A stretch of DNA of 64,000 bases from Schizochytrium sp. TIO01 (taxonomy: Eukaryota; Protista; Bigyra: Labyrinthulomycetes): contig SMSO01000032.1 in the NCBI GenBank assembly GCA_004764695.1, forward strand, positions 6,666,483 through 6,730,482, written 5' to 3'. Below the pieces are notes generated by a model. That model worked only from the letters and a program-made list of their open reading frames with translations. It was not told where the DNA came from and ran no database searches. Of this stretch, positions 37,836 through 52,147 are shown piece by piece. Position 1 is the first letter of the stretch, and every line of letters starts with the position of its first letter. The position numbers were made by a program, and so were the translations under genes.

Positions 37836-40800
37836 CTAACCTTGAACAAACCAAAACATTCTAAAATAACTCGAAACAATTGCCGAAAGAATAAAAGCGC
37901 GAAATAATTAAACTCGGAGGCTTTTTCGCATCGAAGAGGGGGTCTTGCCAAGTTTCCCAAGCTCCTTTGACGACTACTACAATGATTTAGGAGCACTTTG
38001 GCTTTTCACACGTGTATTCACTCTTCGCACATACGGAAACAGTAGGTATTCAAAGACTTCGACGACGACTAAAAGGCTACTACTACTACTAATCAATGTT
38101 AGTGCTAGCTAGTTAGTTACCCATGTGCAATCATAAACATTGACAGCTGTAGGTACTAGCCATCTATATATCGTCTCCGTCAGCGACTACAACTCCCGCT
38201 CGGTGTGAAACCAGCGAGGGTCGGCCAGCCAGCAACACAGTGATCGATTGGGTGATTAGGTTTACTTTGGCTGCCTTCTTCTCAGGCTCCACGTCCCAGA
38301 GCTCTCGTTCGCTTTCCAATGATTACTCACGCCGCTTGCTTCGTGCACACCTACGGCGGCTGCTTAGACGCGCGCTTTCCGACTTTCCACACCAAGTTCA
38401 AGATCAAGATCAAGATCAATATCAAGATCAAGATCAAACTCAGGATTGAGATCGAGAAGAAGTCCAAAGCCAAGCGAAGAAGCGAGTTTCTTTCTTTCCA
38501 TTCATGAGCTTTTGTCTGTAGTTTGCCAAAACTCCTTCGTTCATTCATCCCTCCAATTCGCTGTAGGTCTTATTATTTATTTATTTATTCATTCATTTAT
38601 TTATTTGTTTCTTCACTTATTCATACATTTTATTCATTTATTCAATGTTTCATAGGCAGCCCTTCCAACTTTCGCTAACAAGTCAATGTGTCTTTTCTAT
38701 TCGTCTCTATTCGTCTCTATCACTCCTTAGTAGCACAAGGCCAAAAGGACCTCCTACCGCAAACAACGCGAGCTCACGTATTCATTCACGTTTGCGCGAT
38801 CGTAGCTGACGCGCGGGGCGGTCCGGTACGGGCACACCACAGTGTTAAGTATATTAGGTGCCTTGAAGAGAGGGTGTCGGGGACCACGGGACCGGGGTAT
38901 TTGGGTTGCCGCGGAAGTTGGACGGGCAATGAGGTCCGTGCACCACATTCTGCACATTTCGGAGATGGGAGTAAGAATGTATAACTTGAAGGTGGAGGCA
39001 AAAGTCCTCGCTCGCTCTTGAGGTTTTAGGATAGAGAAGGAAGTGGACCGAATGACCTACTGAATGAATGACAGTCCGGGTGATTACTGCCTTAGCATAT
39101 GAAGGGTCTGAGTGAAGCTCGCTTGGCAGAATGGAATGATGTCATCTTGCAGCACATGCTCAGTGGGTTTCGTCAAGATGTGATAAAGAGTCCTGCCAGT
39201 TCTCTTTGATTGCTGGCGATCGCTAGAGGGAGTTCAATTAATTGGACGAAGCATCGTTAAATGGGCACAGCCATCTTGACTTAAAGCATGAAGAAGTGCA
39301 GCGAGAATACCTCCCTCCCTCCCTCCCCCAAAGAGCGCCGTGGTGTCTTTATGAATTGTGGATTTCAGGAACCGTCACTTCTCTAGGTAGCTCACATAAG
39401 TCGCTATCAGAGAAGCAGGCAGCAAGCAGGAAGCTAATGAAAGTCCTAAGTCACTGTGATGGCCTTTTTGCAACTTTGGATGAAGGTGGTGGTACTATCA
39501 TGGTAATATTAGTACCTACATATTTATTTCTCCACTATAGAAGGGTTGAATTTTGCCAGTCAACTCTAGAGAATTTCTAGGACCTATACATTGGAAATGT
39601 AGAGTGAGCAAAACGTTTGTCTATTTTATGTTTTTATGTAGCTCCAGAGGTGTAGTAGGTAGGTGTGTCTATTTCTAATGGCGTCGATTTGGGGAAGATC
39701 ACTTGCCCGCGGGGATTAGATAAATTTGTTTCGCACAAGTCAAATAAGTCCAATTAATCTTTGCTGCACTATGCTTTGAGGTTGTCTACTTGACCAGGAA
39801 AATCAATGCCTGACTCGAAGGCGGGCATATGCACACTGCATTGAGTTTTTTTGTTTGTTAAAACTGGGTAACATAGGCAAATTAGAGAACTGATTCTTTG
39901 CAAGAGTAGCATGCACTATGCACTTGTGACATTGCACCCCCAAAGCTCGGACGCTGGCTGACCCTGGCTGATGATTCATTAATCCTTGAAATATATTTTC
40001 CAAGTTATCTTATCGCGAACCTTTTCCATGGCCTTTACCATTTTAGTATGACCACATCAAGCTCTGCAAACCCAAAGCCGAGCAAGAAATCCCAAATATG
40101 TGTTGAATATAATTCCTAGAAACTCTAGAGAGAAACTGAACAATCATACGCCGCGAGTTTCTTGGGATGCATGAGGGCGATTCGCAATATCTCGGTGATT
40201 GCGAAATTGAGAGCTCGGGGACGGCACCCGCCCGACCGTTCAACCACACGAAGATGTGACATGTTAAATATTGCAAACCACCAACAACCACAAAACTTTT
40301 GTTTCTCTCTCTTGAGAACTAAATAAACTAAATAGGTAGCACCTCGCTAGTGACTAACTACACTTTGCCCTTTGAGTCTCTCGCACTTCTGCTATATTCA
40401 TATCTTATCTATCTATATCTATCTATCTATCTATCTATAATGAAAGAAAGAGAGGAAGTTATTTTCTTTTTTAGTCGTGAAAGAGCTAGAAACGTCGATG
40501 ATTACCTGCTGAAAAAGAGCCTAAGATATTTTTATTATTTAATTTTATTTAAAAGAAAAAATGGGGGAAAAGGGGGTTGGTTCTCTGTTATATTTTTAAA
40601 TTTATTTTATCATATCATAATATCATATGATATGATAATATTTTGAAAGTTCAATTTTGAAAACCGCATTGAAAAGAATAGTTAAAACATAAAAGAGTAT
40701 GATGCAATATTGTGCTCTCGAAATGATCGACAAAGATATCGCGAGCTGTAAAACAGCAAGCTATCGAGTTCTCGCTTGAGCTGACCAGAGCTTCGCTCCC

Positions 40801-41566
40801 CAAGTCGCTTGCTGCTCTGCGATACAGGTGGCAATCATCGTTCCAGGCTTTAGAGGTTTCGTGACACAGGGGGCGTTTCGTGCCGTTGATGCCTTCCCGA
40901 GGCTCTGTGCCGAGCCCTCGGCCTGCATTTCCAAGTTCTTCTCCGTTGCAGGTCCGTCATCCGGTGGCCAGCGAAGCCTCGAGTGCCTTCGACGTGAACG
41001 CGATGCGACGATTCTCCTTCTCTCTCGCGCAGCGCTCTGCTGCGCACCTCCCCGTCTGAAGCGAGTTGTCTTCTTGATCGTTTCTCTCGCGCTTCGACGT
41101 AACCCCACGCAACCTCGAGATGGGACTGCGCTTCGCCGAATGCAGTTCTGCGCGTCCGAGGGAATCCAACAGGAATTCAAAGAAGACGAGTTCGTCGCGA
41201 GGAAACCCTCGAGGGAGGGAGTGCCTTGTTAGCCGAGCCAATGCTAGCTAGGCTCTTCGAGGTTGTTAGTTGCTCAGCAGCGCTGACCCTGCCTGGATTC
41301 CTGCTCAGCTGTAAGCCCTTGAGCTAACCAGCTGCTGCAACTCGGTTCTGGTTTGGTTTATATCGTTCTATCACTGTGCCGTTGAGTGCGAAGGGTCTCA
41401 CGGATGCTCCGCCAGTTGAAGTGGCAGCTTGGCCAACGTTGGTGGCGCCTGTGGCATCCACCCAAAGAAGGCGCAGCATGCAGGCGTGGCACGAGGTGTT
41501 TCGTTTCCACCGCGATGCAGCTGGCAAAGCTTTGCAATTAGTCAATTGCATTGCGAAGTCTAATCC

Positions 41567-42320
41567 TCAAAGGACTTGAGGGCAAAGGCCCATCCTTGCC
41601 AGCTCTCCGTGCATCATGCTTTGCCAACAATCCGTTGATCTGCAATGCGCAGGCCGACATTGAGAACACCAGACTAGAGCAGAAGAGGATATTTCTGAGT
41701 CGTCGTCTGCCTGAATGGCTTTGCATTTAGCTGAGCTTATTCGTCGATGCCAAAGTGAAAGGGTTGGTTGCCTGTCGCAGTAAAAACATTCATGAGCTGA
41801 TCCACCGCGCAATAAACCACAATGGCGCCAACGAACCGGTATCGGAGGGATCCTTTGAGAGGTCTTCTTCTTGTGCCAACCTCGCTACATCTCTGACTCT
41901 GCCCTTTTACAAACCTCCTGGCCAGGACTAGAGTAATTGTTAGCCAGACTTCGCTTTTCGCTTAGAGAGTTCTCCTTCCTTTTTTCAGCAGCAATCAATG
42001 TTTATTTCGTTCGCGAATTAACTTCTTTAACGATAGCTTGTCAAGCAGAGTCCATCTCGTATTGGGTCTCTAAACCCTGTGCATCTTGCTCATGCGCCTG
42101 CCGTGCCAAAGCAAGCTCCAGCCCACCCGCAGCGTCAGATCATGCCACCATCGCCATACCTACCTGGCCAATTGTCGAGTTGATAAAGGAATCCAGGACT
42201 TGCTTGATCAATCAATGAGCAAATCAATCATCCCTGAGCATCGTAATGCAAAGCTGACATGCATAGGACGTGCGTGACCTTGGTCGATCCTATCCTAGTG
42301 ACGCCATCGAGCGCATACAA
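41567..42320 (-). pseudogene. Decayed piggyBac-like transposase C-terminal remnant
   Basis: Minus-strand frame with scattered stops. It contains DGV[5-nt insertion]DRIDQ (compare GGVDxxDQ), LDSFINS, and H...CFYC...WCSQC...HC...CW...H resembling the piggyBac Cys-rich domain. Confidence 0.45.
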
Positions 42321-42768
42321 CGTCAATCATTATGACCTCACGAATGCGAATGCTTTACTTTACCATGGGTGGCAGTGCAAGCAAGCAAGGATGGATTTAC
42401 AGGAAAGAATTGCAGAACGAACAGAGATCGCGTGGAGCGCTGACTCCCGTTCTTCAAAGTTTGCTGCTTTGTAGTTGCATTGCATTTGCAGCTTCTACTG
42501 TTTGCCCTCTGTCTGGGTCCATTCGCATTCGAGTCTCGAGGCTCGCTAGCACTCGAAGTTCTTCTGCCCGTTCTCTGTGCCTCGCCAGATGTGAGAAACC
42601 TCTTGGTAGGTAGAAGATAGATCTCTGTCGTCGCCAGTTTTGGTGGATTGCGATTGCTGTGTCTTCGGCGCTTCCGAGATTTAGCAGAAGGGCGCTGCAG
42701 TGAGTGTGTATGAGAATACGAAGTCGTTTTTTGTTGAAGAGTGCTTACTTGTCATTCGCGAGACGTGC

Positions 42769-42816
42769 ATGAATGAATGAATGAATGAATGAATGAATGA
42801 ATGAATGAATGAATGA
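42769..42816. repeat. (GAAT)n microsatellite
   Basis: Directly visible. Confidence 0.95.
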
Positions 42817-45800
42817 AATAATGAAATCAACAAATGAATAAATGAATGAATGAGTGATTGATTGATTGATCCTGCTCCACGGCTTCTCATTGCTCTCGTG
42901 GCCACGAGCAAGCTCGACCCGCTTCAAGTTCAACAGATTGCCCTGCGAATGCAGCAACACGAAAACCCGAGTCAGTATGATAGCTGGTGAAAATTGGACG
43001 CAGCGAAGGAATCGATCGATAGATCACGTGTTCGTCCGCAATGGCGCCAGCATCCATTCTCAGACTCACTCGCTCCTTGGATTGGCCGCTACGAACTACT
43101 GTTGTTTGTTTAGTCCAGCGCGAGTAGATCAGCGCAAGCATTTGCCTGAACTGTCTTGGACCGAAGATCGAAAGCACCCGCTTGACATGCTAATATGCTG
43201 CTGCAATATCATCAGCTGACGGCAAATTCCGCAAAACAGCGACATGCATCGCGGCATCCATCCGCCCGTACAGGGAATCAACCCATCACGAGCCAGGCAT
43301 TTCGAAGAGCAAGAACTTCGTCCAAAAGACTCGAGGAAAACATAATGGATTGACCGAGAGATTATCGTCAGGAATCACCATCCATCTTCCAATCGCTGAC
43401 TCTCGATGGTGGAGTAAGCAAGCAACAGGTCATAGCTAGAAAGCTCTAGAGTTACAGAACATTGGTTGTAGTTAGAGGTTCAGAGACCTTGCTCGTGATT
43501 TCTATATGAGCCAGCTTGCTTGAGAGCTTTGGCACTGATGTATAAATTAGTTATAATTCTTTTGCTTCATTCATTCATTCATTCATTCATTCGTTCATTC
43601 GTTTGTTGCTGAGAGACTTCTGGAGAACGCCAGAACCTCTTGCTTTTAAATTAGTGAGACGCATCGCTGTGAATCGATGGGAGGCCAATTGCCTAACCTC
43701 GTGATCGTCATTCATATCGAAGATAAATAAGCTGTAGGTCAACTTTGAGAAGACTTTTCACGCTCTGCAAAAAATATAATTAAATAAATTACTTTTAAAA
43801 AATAATTTATAATTACATGCACTGATACTGCAAGCTTTCAGGAGGGGGGGGAAATTTAAAAAAGTTGAACTGCTAAAATAAATACTATTTGTTAGGATAA
43901 TCAACTTGAAACTATTTCTTTAAAATAAAATAAAAAAGGAAATGAACAATTTCAATTATACAATATTTCTAATTTAAAAAAAAAAAAATCCCCTCCGGCT
44001 CGTAAAAATAAAATTAACCTATGACGTATAAATGTCTTGCTTTCCTTTCGCTCGTTAGAGGATATCCTCGCTTAGAGCTGACACGCGGGAACCTGTGGAA
44101 CATGAGTGGTTCCGCGGTGTTCTATGTAATGGTTCAAGCAGCAGGGCCGGATGATGGTGCAATGCTTGGATGCATGCGTGCATGGATGCCGATAGCAAAG
44201 AATGATTGCGAAGAAGGACGGATGCGAAGCAATGGAAAGTTGAACTTCAAGGCTTGGAAGTCTGCGAGACAGCCAGCTGGGTCGATCAGCCCCAAGGACG
44301 GCCCGACCGCCAGAGGCGATGGTGTCGATGTTGGTTCCAACGATTTCAAGAGAGGCTTGACCGGCTTATTGATTCCTCGGCTGGCTCATTGATCGACTTA
44401 TCGATGGAATTGTCGATTGATTGATGCATCGATTGCTCGATAGAGGAAGAAGCGCTCATGACATAGCTATCTACCTAGCTACCTATGGCTATAGCTATAG
44501 CGATTGATTGGGTTATTTATTATTTATTCGCAAATGCGACTCGTGGCGAGACATAAACCAATTGAATGAATTGGATTAAGCGCTCAGAGAAGTTTCCCTC
44601 TGTTCAGGGTTAGGTACCAACCTCCTTTTCAACAGCTTCGTAGGCAATGAGTGATTGATTGTTTTGGCTTGAGTTATCATCCAAACATGAAAGATTTTGG
44701 ATGTATCGATCGATCTGGTTTAATCTCTCTCTAGCTAACTCAACTAGAGAGAAAGAAACACACTCTTCGTTGAGCAATATGATAGGTAGGGATGAGGTGA
44801 TGAGTTATCTACTCCTTACTTGGTCACTACGCCTTGGGGAGGCTTTGCTGCCTTCCTGGAAACCTATTTGGGAGGGAGAGGAGAACTTCAAGTAAGTGAC
44901 GCAAGCCTGCAAAGCTCGCGCAACAATTTTGGTAGGTACCTATGCTTGCAGTGGCCGGAGCTCTATAGGTAGACCCCCTCTTTGACTGGAGACGGTCTGA
45001 AATGGTCCTGAAGACAAGAAAATATTCTAAAACAGTCTTGGCGCCTTAAGGTCGTACAAAACAACTTAGACTGCCACGAATCTGTGCTTCCGCGAAGAGT
45101 GTTGATTTGAGGTTGCTTCCGAAGACGCTTTCAACGTAGGTAGACTTAGAGAGCGAGTCGAAAGAATCAGAGCATTTATATTCTCGGCGAGGCGTTGGAT
45201 GGTGGTACCTGGTATAGTATAAATAAACGCCAGGGGTTTAGACAGAGTGCAACGCGTTGAACGAGAACTAGCAAGTATATCGCTATAGCAAGGAGGTTCT
45301 TCAAGAGGTTCGAGCACTCTCATTTCACTTGGGTAAACTATTAGAAGCAATTGACCGCCACTTCAAAGTTCTTCACAAAGTACCGAACAAATTGCTTATA
45401 TCGCACACGCACAGTTTGGCGGGCGGTTCAACATCAGGCTGAATACCATAGTCAAACTCGCCGGGACGCCTCGTGCGCAACCACACGACATCACTCACTC
45501 ACTCGCTCGCTTGCTCGCTTGCTCGCTGACCTAAATGATGTTAAGAAGACTCTTCTAGACCGTCAGGCGTTCGAAGAAGCACGCTAGATATTCATAAATC
45601 GGTCAGCATCGTGTCTACTTGGAAAGTACCAATAAAGATAGAATGCTACCAAAATGTAGGTGTGCACTTGCACAACTTTTTCAAGTTCAATTGAGCCTCT
45701 ACCTAGGTACCATCCCTACGGTTCAGCTATTGCAACAATCGCAGGCTCCATAGGTAGGGAGGTACCTTCTAAAACAGAATGCTATTATCATTTATCATAT

Positions 45801-48800
45801 AGTTTTCCTTGGCACACAAATTGGCTACGGTGACCTCGCGATAACTATCTATCGCTAGGCAAAACTTTTTGAAAGACAAAACCTCTACACAGAGTAAGAA
45901 ATTATACACTTGCATATACTAAAGCAACTGCAATGGGATATACAACTTTCTGTTGTGGAAGCTATCAAAGATCCTTTTTGTTGACCAAATGAATACATTT
46001 CTTCAATTGCTTCACCTAATGTCTTTCTTCCTGGAAAGCCGAGTGCGTCTCTTCGAGAAACTGCATTATAGAATATTGAAATAAGACTGGATTGGCTCTG
46101 CCGGAAAAGTCAAGTAATCAATCGGAGGACAAATATTCATAAATCGCGAACCCAAAAGTTATAAAAAGCAATGTGAACCAACTCTTTTGTGGATACTATT
46201 CACATGAAATCAAGTTTGTTTCAGATGTGCTTTGCTATCAACGGAACAGCAGAATTTGAAGCAAACCTTATTACGAATGAGTCAGATACATGCAATCCCA
46301 CCATTGCATACATGCAGCATCTATCAATATGTCAATCCATCTTTGGACATGACACTGGCGCAAAAAACTATGCTCAAATTTAAAGACATATGCTCCTCCA
46401 GTGGGAAATCTAGCAACTCTCAATTGTTAAGCACAAGACAAATAAAGTATATCACGCCAGGTCTGATCCATCCAGAATACCAGAATTAATTCGATTGTGA
46501 CAGGTTATACAATAATATAATCGCATTTTATGAGCTTGGTTTCGTATTCATACTCCTTAATATTCTGAGCCGAGACTCAAGAAGTGTTGCTTGATCACAT
46601 TTCGTTTCAACGGAGGCAACTCAAACTACCATAGCCTTCTTCAAAGCTGTACTCGCAGCAAAGACTTAATGATGCGCAGATTGTTAATCATTCTATCTCC
46701 TGGCAACGTCCTCTCTGTTGAGCATATTAACCTTCAATATAGTACGAAAGCCTTAACTCTTTGACGTACTTGAACAATACAGAGTCGTTTTGATTGATTC
46801 ACAACATATAACATCAAATCATGTCAAAACTTTTGGAGAAAACGACAAAAACAAAAAATGCAGCCACAACAACAAAGGCAGAGTCTTGTTCACTGAATGT
46901 AGTGGCACAGCTGGAAGGCTAACAAGCACATCGTTCAACTTTGAAATCAACAAGGTATTTACCATCACTTGTAGTTGCACATGCTACAGCTCTATGTTGA
47001 TAAGTATTGCTTCCCTCAAAGCAAAGTCTCTATAATCCTAACTAGAAAACTTTCGTAAAACGACCGAATCTAAGAAGGAGAACCTTCTATAAATTGATTT
47101 TCAACTCCACGATTTTTCCATATGAATAAATGATTCAAAAAGCATAAGCACGAGGGTAACTCTAACTGTTGGTATGAATATCCTACGAACCATACACGCA
47201 AATATCTAGCTATTTACGAATGCGTAGGTTCTTCTCGCACATGGTTGGCAAAGAAAGCGCCCAGTATATCGACTTGGTCACCAATGCGGCACCCTGACTC
47301 TTGAAAACGCCTAATCCATTCAATCACAGGATTTCAATCCTAAAGATTTATGAGGCTGAGCTATTATCAGAGTCTTTGGTGTACTATTGTGAGGCCCAAC
47401 ATTTTGGGTATGGTTTTGGAAAGAAGGCAGGCAACCAAAATCGTGAATGTAAGGCGAAAGGAGCCCATAACTAAGAGTGCTGGATGCATTGGAGAGACTG
47501 TGCGTAAGAGCAAAATAAATCGAGGATTGAAGGAAATCTAATTCCTTTCATTACATCTGTTAAAATCTCCAATCAAAAGACCACGTGGATAAGATATTGC
47601 CGGAGTGTTGGGGTATCATTGCAAGTCCTGTCCTCTCCAAGAAAAAGAGACCTACATAGGATTACTAAGAGAAAATTAGACAAGCAGATGCGTTGATATG
47701 ACTCAGAGGAAGTCAAAGACTACAATTGCGTGGACATTTAATAGAATGTGTATGGTGAATCAAGATTGCTGGTTGAAAACACAAGCCAATCTTTTGAACT
47801 GTGAATAATTCAGATCAAGTCTAATAATGGCATGACGTAGTTTACCTTAGAATCCGTCTTCAGGGATAGACGATCGGTAACTCTAAAATCCAACGTATAT
47901 TTATTCTTTTTTATGTCTTCTTCATGGCTCTTGCTTTCATCTTCATAATCATTCTCTAGCTGATCAAGTCTACCTCTCAGCAATGAGTGCTACAGATCTA
48001 GCTCAGTTTGGTCTTATAATTATGGATGAATCACCTTGGAATTGGATAGCAGAACACAAACTCTAAAATCCACAAATACAAAACTCTCTCAAGGTTTTGA
48101 CAATTATTTTGCGTTTATCTTACGAGTCAACGAAAATAAGGAAACCTAGGATGACAGCAAGGCTGGGGTGTGTCTCAAGTACATGAATAATAACTTTATG
48201 TAAAGTTAATTGAAATCAGAACTCGTGTTTGCAGGCCTATATAAAATATGACTCTGTCCATAATGGATCTCATATAAATTCGAGATCATGACAATCTCTG
48301 GAATTAAGTTCCACGACCACGGAACTGCTAACTCCAACGAGTATGGGTGCTTTAAATATTCTCAAATCTTCGGGAAGCTTTCGAGAGTCTGAACCTTATC
48401 CCTTATCCCTTATCCCTGTCTGTCCGCCTTTGATATATCACTATATTCAGTGGTGTTCTTAGTGTCAGCCCTGGGCACAGCTTTTGTACTCATATAGAGG
48501 ATAGCTTTGAACCTTGGGCGCAACCGTGGTGAGAAGGCAGCTATACAACAAGGTATCGGGAAAGAGAAAGTATGACAGGACAGTATTCAACCATTTTGAA
48601 GATGTTTAGAGAAATTTACCGGGTTTGTTGCAACGGTATACTTGAAGAAGCTGCTTGCACGTGATGAGTGTTCAGTGGCACTCGTCCTTTGTGGTAAAAT
48701 CCTGCACTCTAATTCTACACCTTTAACACAACGAGTATATAGAGAGGTACAAGCTAAATGCGTATCATACAATATTGCTGAAAGGTGATTCTGGCCAGCA

Positions 48801-51800
48801 TGTGATTGGCTGTACAGATGATTCTGGCCAGCTTGAAATTGACTGTAAAGATGAAGATAAATGTCTTTATGAAGGTTTCAAGAATGTCTTAACCTCCATA
48901 ATTACTTCGTGAATCCATCTACCCTGGAATTCGTTTCCAAGATAGCAGTTCGCTAACTCTTAAAATCAACCTTCTTAAAGCCTGCATCAAGGCTCTTGCC
49001 TTCATGTTACACCATGCTTGATTCTAGGTAATGTGTAGTCATACTTTGGTTCTTGACTCTGGTAACCACATGATTCTGGCTGTCTACTCCTGCTCTCTTG
49101 TAAGCCTTATGTCTGCACGGGTTTTACAAAGGGACACCAAGAACTCTAGCTATGTGTTGTCAACTAGTTCCTTCGATTGGAGATCTCAGCAGATATCTTC
49201 CTTCAAGTTTCCTAAGCAGAAACTAGGAGATGATAGTTTAATGAAGGTAATGGTATGCTAAAAACAGACCGAAACGTAGTCACAAAATTTAATTAAGATA
49301 AAAATGGAAAGTTGCAAACATTTTTTTTTGCTGTATGACGGTTGTTTTAGCAGGTGGCTATATGGAAATTGCTCATCGTAAGAGCAAATATTTATTTTGA
49401 GCTCGTCAGTCTGAGACTAGAGCTCATATTTCCTTCAGCACTTTGGACATTTTCTTCTTTGGTGTTGAAAGTCCCGAGCCTACTGTATGGTGTGATAATC
49501 GCTAAAGAAAGCACTTATGATGTAGGCATGCGCTCTTGAGTTATAGAATAAATAGTAAAAAGTGGCAGTCATCTATTCTTGGAAAAACGTAATATTAACT
49601 GCATAATGCTATTTGCCTAGTTAAAGTTGTTCCGTTTTATTGAGATCTTCTTGTCAAATTGTATCATGTTGCTTGAAACGATATTCAGAGATCCCGCTAT
49701 AAAATTAATATAATGCGAAGATGAAAAGGGTTGGCAGAAATTACAATGTCGCATCCATCTCCATAAAAAGAATCTGTCAACGTTCAAAAAGCAAACCTTC
49801 CTTGCCATGAATGAAGACATTATCCTTTACTATTGAATGATAAAAGGCTATGTTGAGATTGCAAATCGAAGGTTTATGTGAATAAGACATTATTAGAGTC
49901 CTTGGTGCATTGCCAGTCTTAAGCTCTTTGTAACTGTTTACGATTAGAATATAACTGTCAGATACCAAAGTGCAAGGCCAAGGTAACTCAAGAGTGAAAG
50001 TGCACTACATATTCAAGGAATTCGCAAGAGCACACCAAAATGAAATATTGAGGAAACACAACTCTTTGAGTATTGCATAATATAAATGAAGACTCTCTTA
50101 CTCTCCTGCTGAAAGATGAATCTAGTTAGCTAGACGTTGACTATAAAGATAAAGTCGACAAGCTTGATAAACTTAAGCTTTAGGGATTAAATAACTGCTG
50201 TCCTTGGAATCCAATTCCAGAGCAGATCGACTCACGCTCTTATTCTGAGACTATGGCATCCTTGATTTGTGCTAGACATAAGTGAGGAGGTTAGGTGAAT
50301 TTGTTTCTTCAACTTTCACTGAATATCCCCCCATATTAGATTCTAGCGAATGTGTAAGCACGCCTCTGGTTTATGGCTGCACAACCACATGAGTCAGGTT
50401 ATCTCCTGCTATTCCTATGCCACAAGTCCTAAATTCTTGAGGTCTTACAAGGGGACGCTTGAACTATTGGTGGTGTCCTGTTCACTTAATCCTTCGATCA
50501 GAGATCTCTGCATCTCCTAAATAGAATATGGGCCAGTCCACGTTGATGTTTATATCCAAGGTTCCCAGATAGCTAACTCTGTAAGGATATGTATACAATT
50601 CCCTTTTAAGTCTCATCATGTATCCAAAGCTCATTGTCTTCATCCTCTTAGTTGACCTTTGGCTGATCAGGGACTAACTTTCAATAAGCTATGAAAGAAA
50701 AAGTGGTGGAGCTGCTGTTACAATATTCTACCAGAATGTTTGTCCGGATACTACAGAACCATGATCTCTGGCAAAACAGCTTCAGCCGAGATTATTGCTG
50801 TGTAAGTCGCAGTGGTAGTGGTCTTAGATTATACCTTGAAAGATCTCCCTCAATTTGGAGCTGTATGTATCTAGAGAGTGCTCGTATGAAATTGATTCTA
50901 TTTGCGAATACGCTGAGTTACAACAACTTTCCACAAAAGCTCAGCTACCGGGGTGATTTCAGAAGCACTAGCGTTCATGTAGCTTCCTAGCTTAGATCAT
51001 GGGCTGAAGTTAAATTAAACAACTTTGATATTTCAGATTGCTTTTTCCTGAATATTCGGTGCGAGGAAGAGAAAATTGTGATAAGTGATCTCATACCTGT
51101 CATTCTGTAAAGAAATTTTGAGATGGAAGTAGATAAAATGTATATCGTAGCAGGTTAAATCAGTCGAGGAAGAGCAGTACTGGTTCAAATGTTCTTAATG
51201 TCAAATGCACCAAACGAATAAGTTGGAAAGAAGAACTGAAAGATTATTCAAATTTGGTAAAATTGATGTATAGTAATGTTACTTATATATTTCAAAAGAA
51301 GGTACCTAAAGCATCGATGACGCAATCTTATTGCTGCATCGTCCTTCTGAGCATATGCATATGCACTTGAACATCAGTCAAGCGCAACGAAACAGAGACG
51401 TTTCTCGCAACTCGTAGAATTGGGCTGGAGGCAGTCAGTCACATGGGCTGCCTCATTTGGAATTCGCCACTCCTTGTAATTTGAACAAAGAATGCAGTGT
51501 GAAGCGAATTATTTATCTGACTCGACCAAACAATGGCGAAGTCTGACATGATATCTAAACGTCTGTTGCGTCCTTAAAACACCTGGGTGTGTGATATGAA
51601 CAATGGGTCACAACATGGGAATTGAGACATTTGAGTCTCCCTTAATCCTATGATGCCGATTGGCACGCAGGCTTATGTTATAGTCAAGTCCACGCATTGA
51701 CACAATAATACTCAATGATATTATGCGTAGAGTGGCTCTTCAAGAGGCCCTCTAGGTCAATGCGAAGGCATGAGCTAAAATTTACTGCTTCACATGTTTG

Positions 51801-51846
51801 TTTCTGTACTGTGCGCAGAGCCGGGTGCTTATCTTAGGCATCCCTT

Positions 51847-52047
51847 TTAGTTGTTGTTCTTGTTTTCGTTGCTCTTGCCGGCCTTGCTGGCGAGGTCCGG
51901 AATGTTGAAGAAGAGTTTCCAGGGCGAGCGGTGTGCCTCTGCGCACTTGTCCTTGTAGTCTTCATATGCCTGCTGGCGGCGCTCTGCCGCAGTCTTCGGC
52001 ACAACCGGGAGCTCCGGTGAGAGCACTGCTACGCGGGCGTTGGTCAT
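51847..52047 (-). CDS. 66-aa microprotein, unknown function
   Basis: Start context GAGATCATG is identical to that of alpha-SNAP. Host highly-expressed codon bias (AAC, AAG, TTC, CTC, CGC) stands out from the flanking DNA. Confidence 0.6.
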   Translation of the reverse strand: MTNARVAVLSPELPVVPKTAAERRQQAYEDYKDKCAEAHRSPWKLFFNIPDLASKAGKSNENKNNN

Positions 52048-52087
52048 GATCTCTGTTTATTCTTTTCTCTACTGTCCTCTGCTGATC

Positions 52088-52103
52088 GCTCGCTCGCTCG
52101 CTC

Positions 52104-52143
<40 letters not shown>

Positions 52144-52147
52144 GCTT
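52088..52147. repeat. (GCTC)n/(GCTT)n compound microsatellite
   Basis: Directly visible, upstream of the microprotein ATG. Confidence 0.9.
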
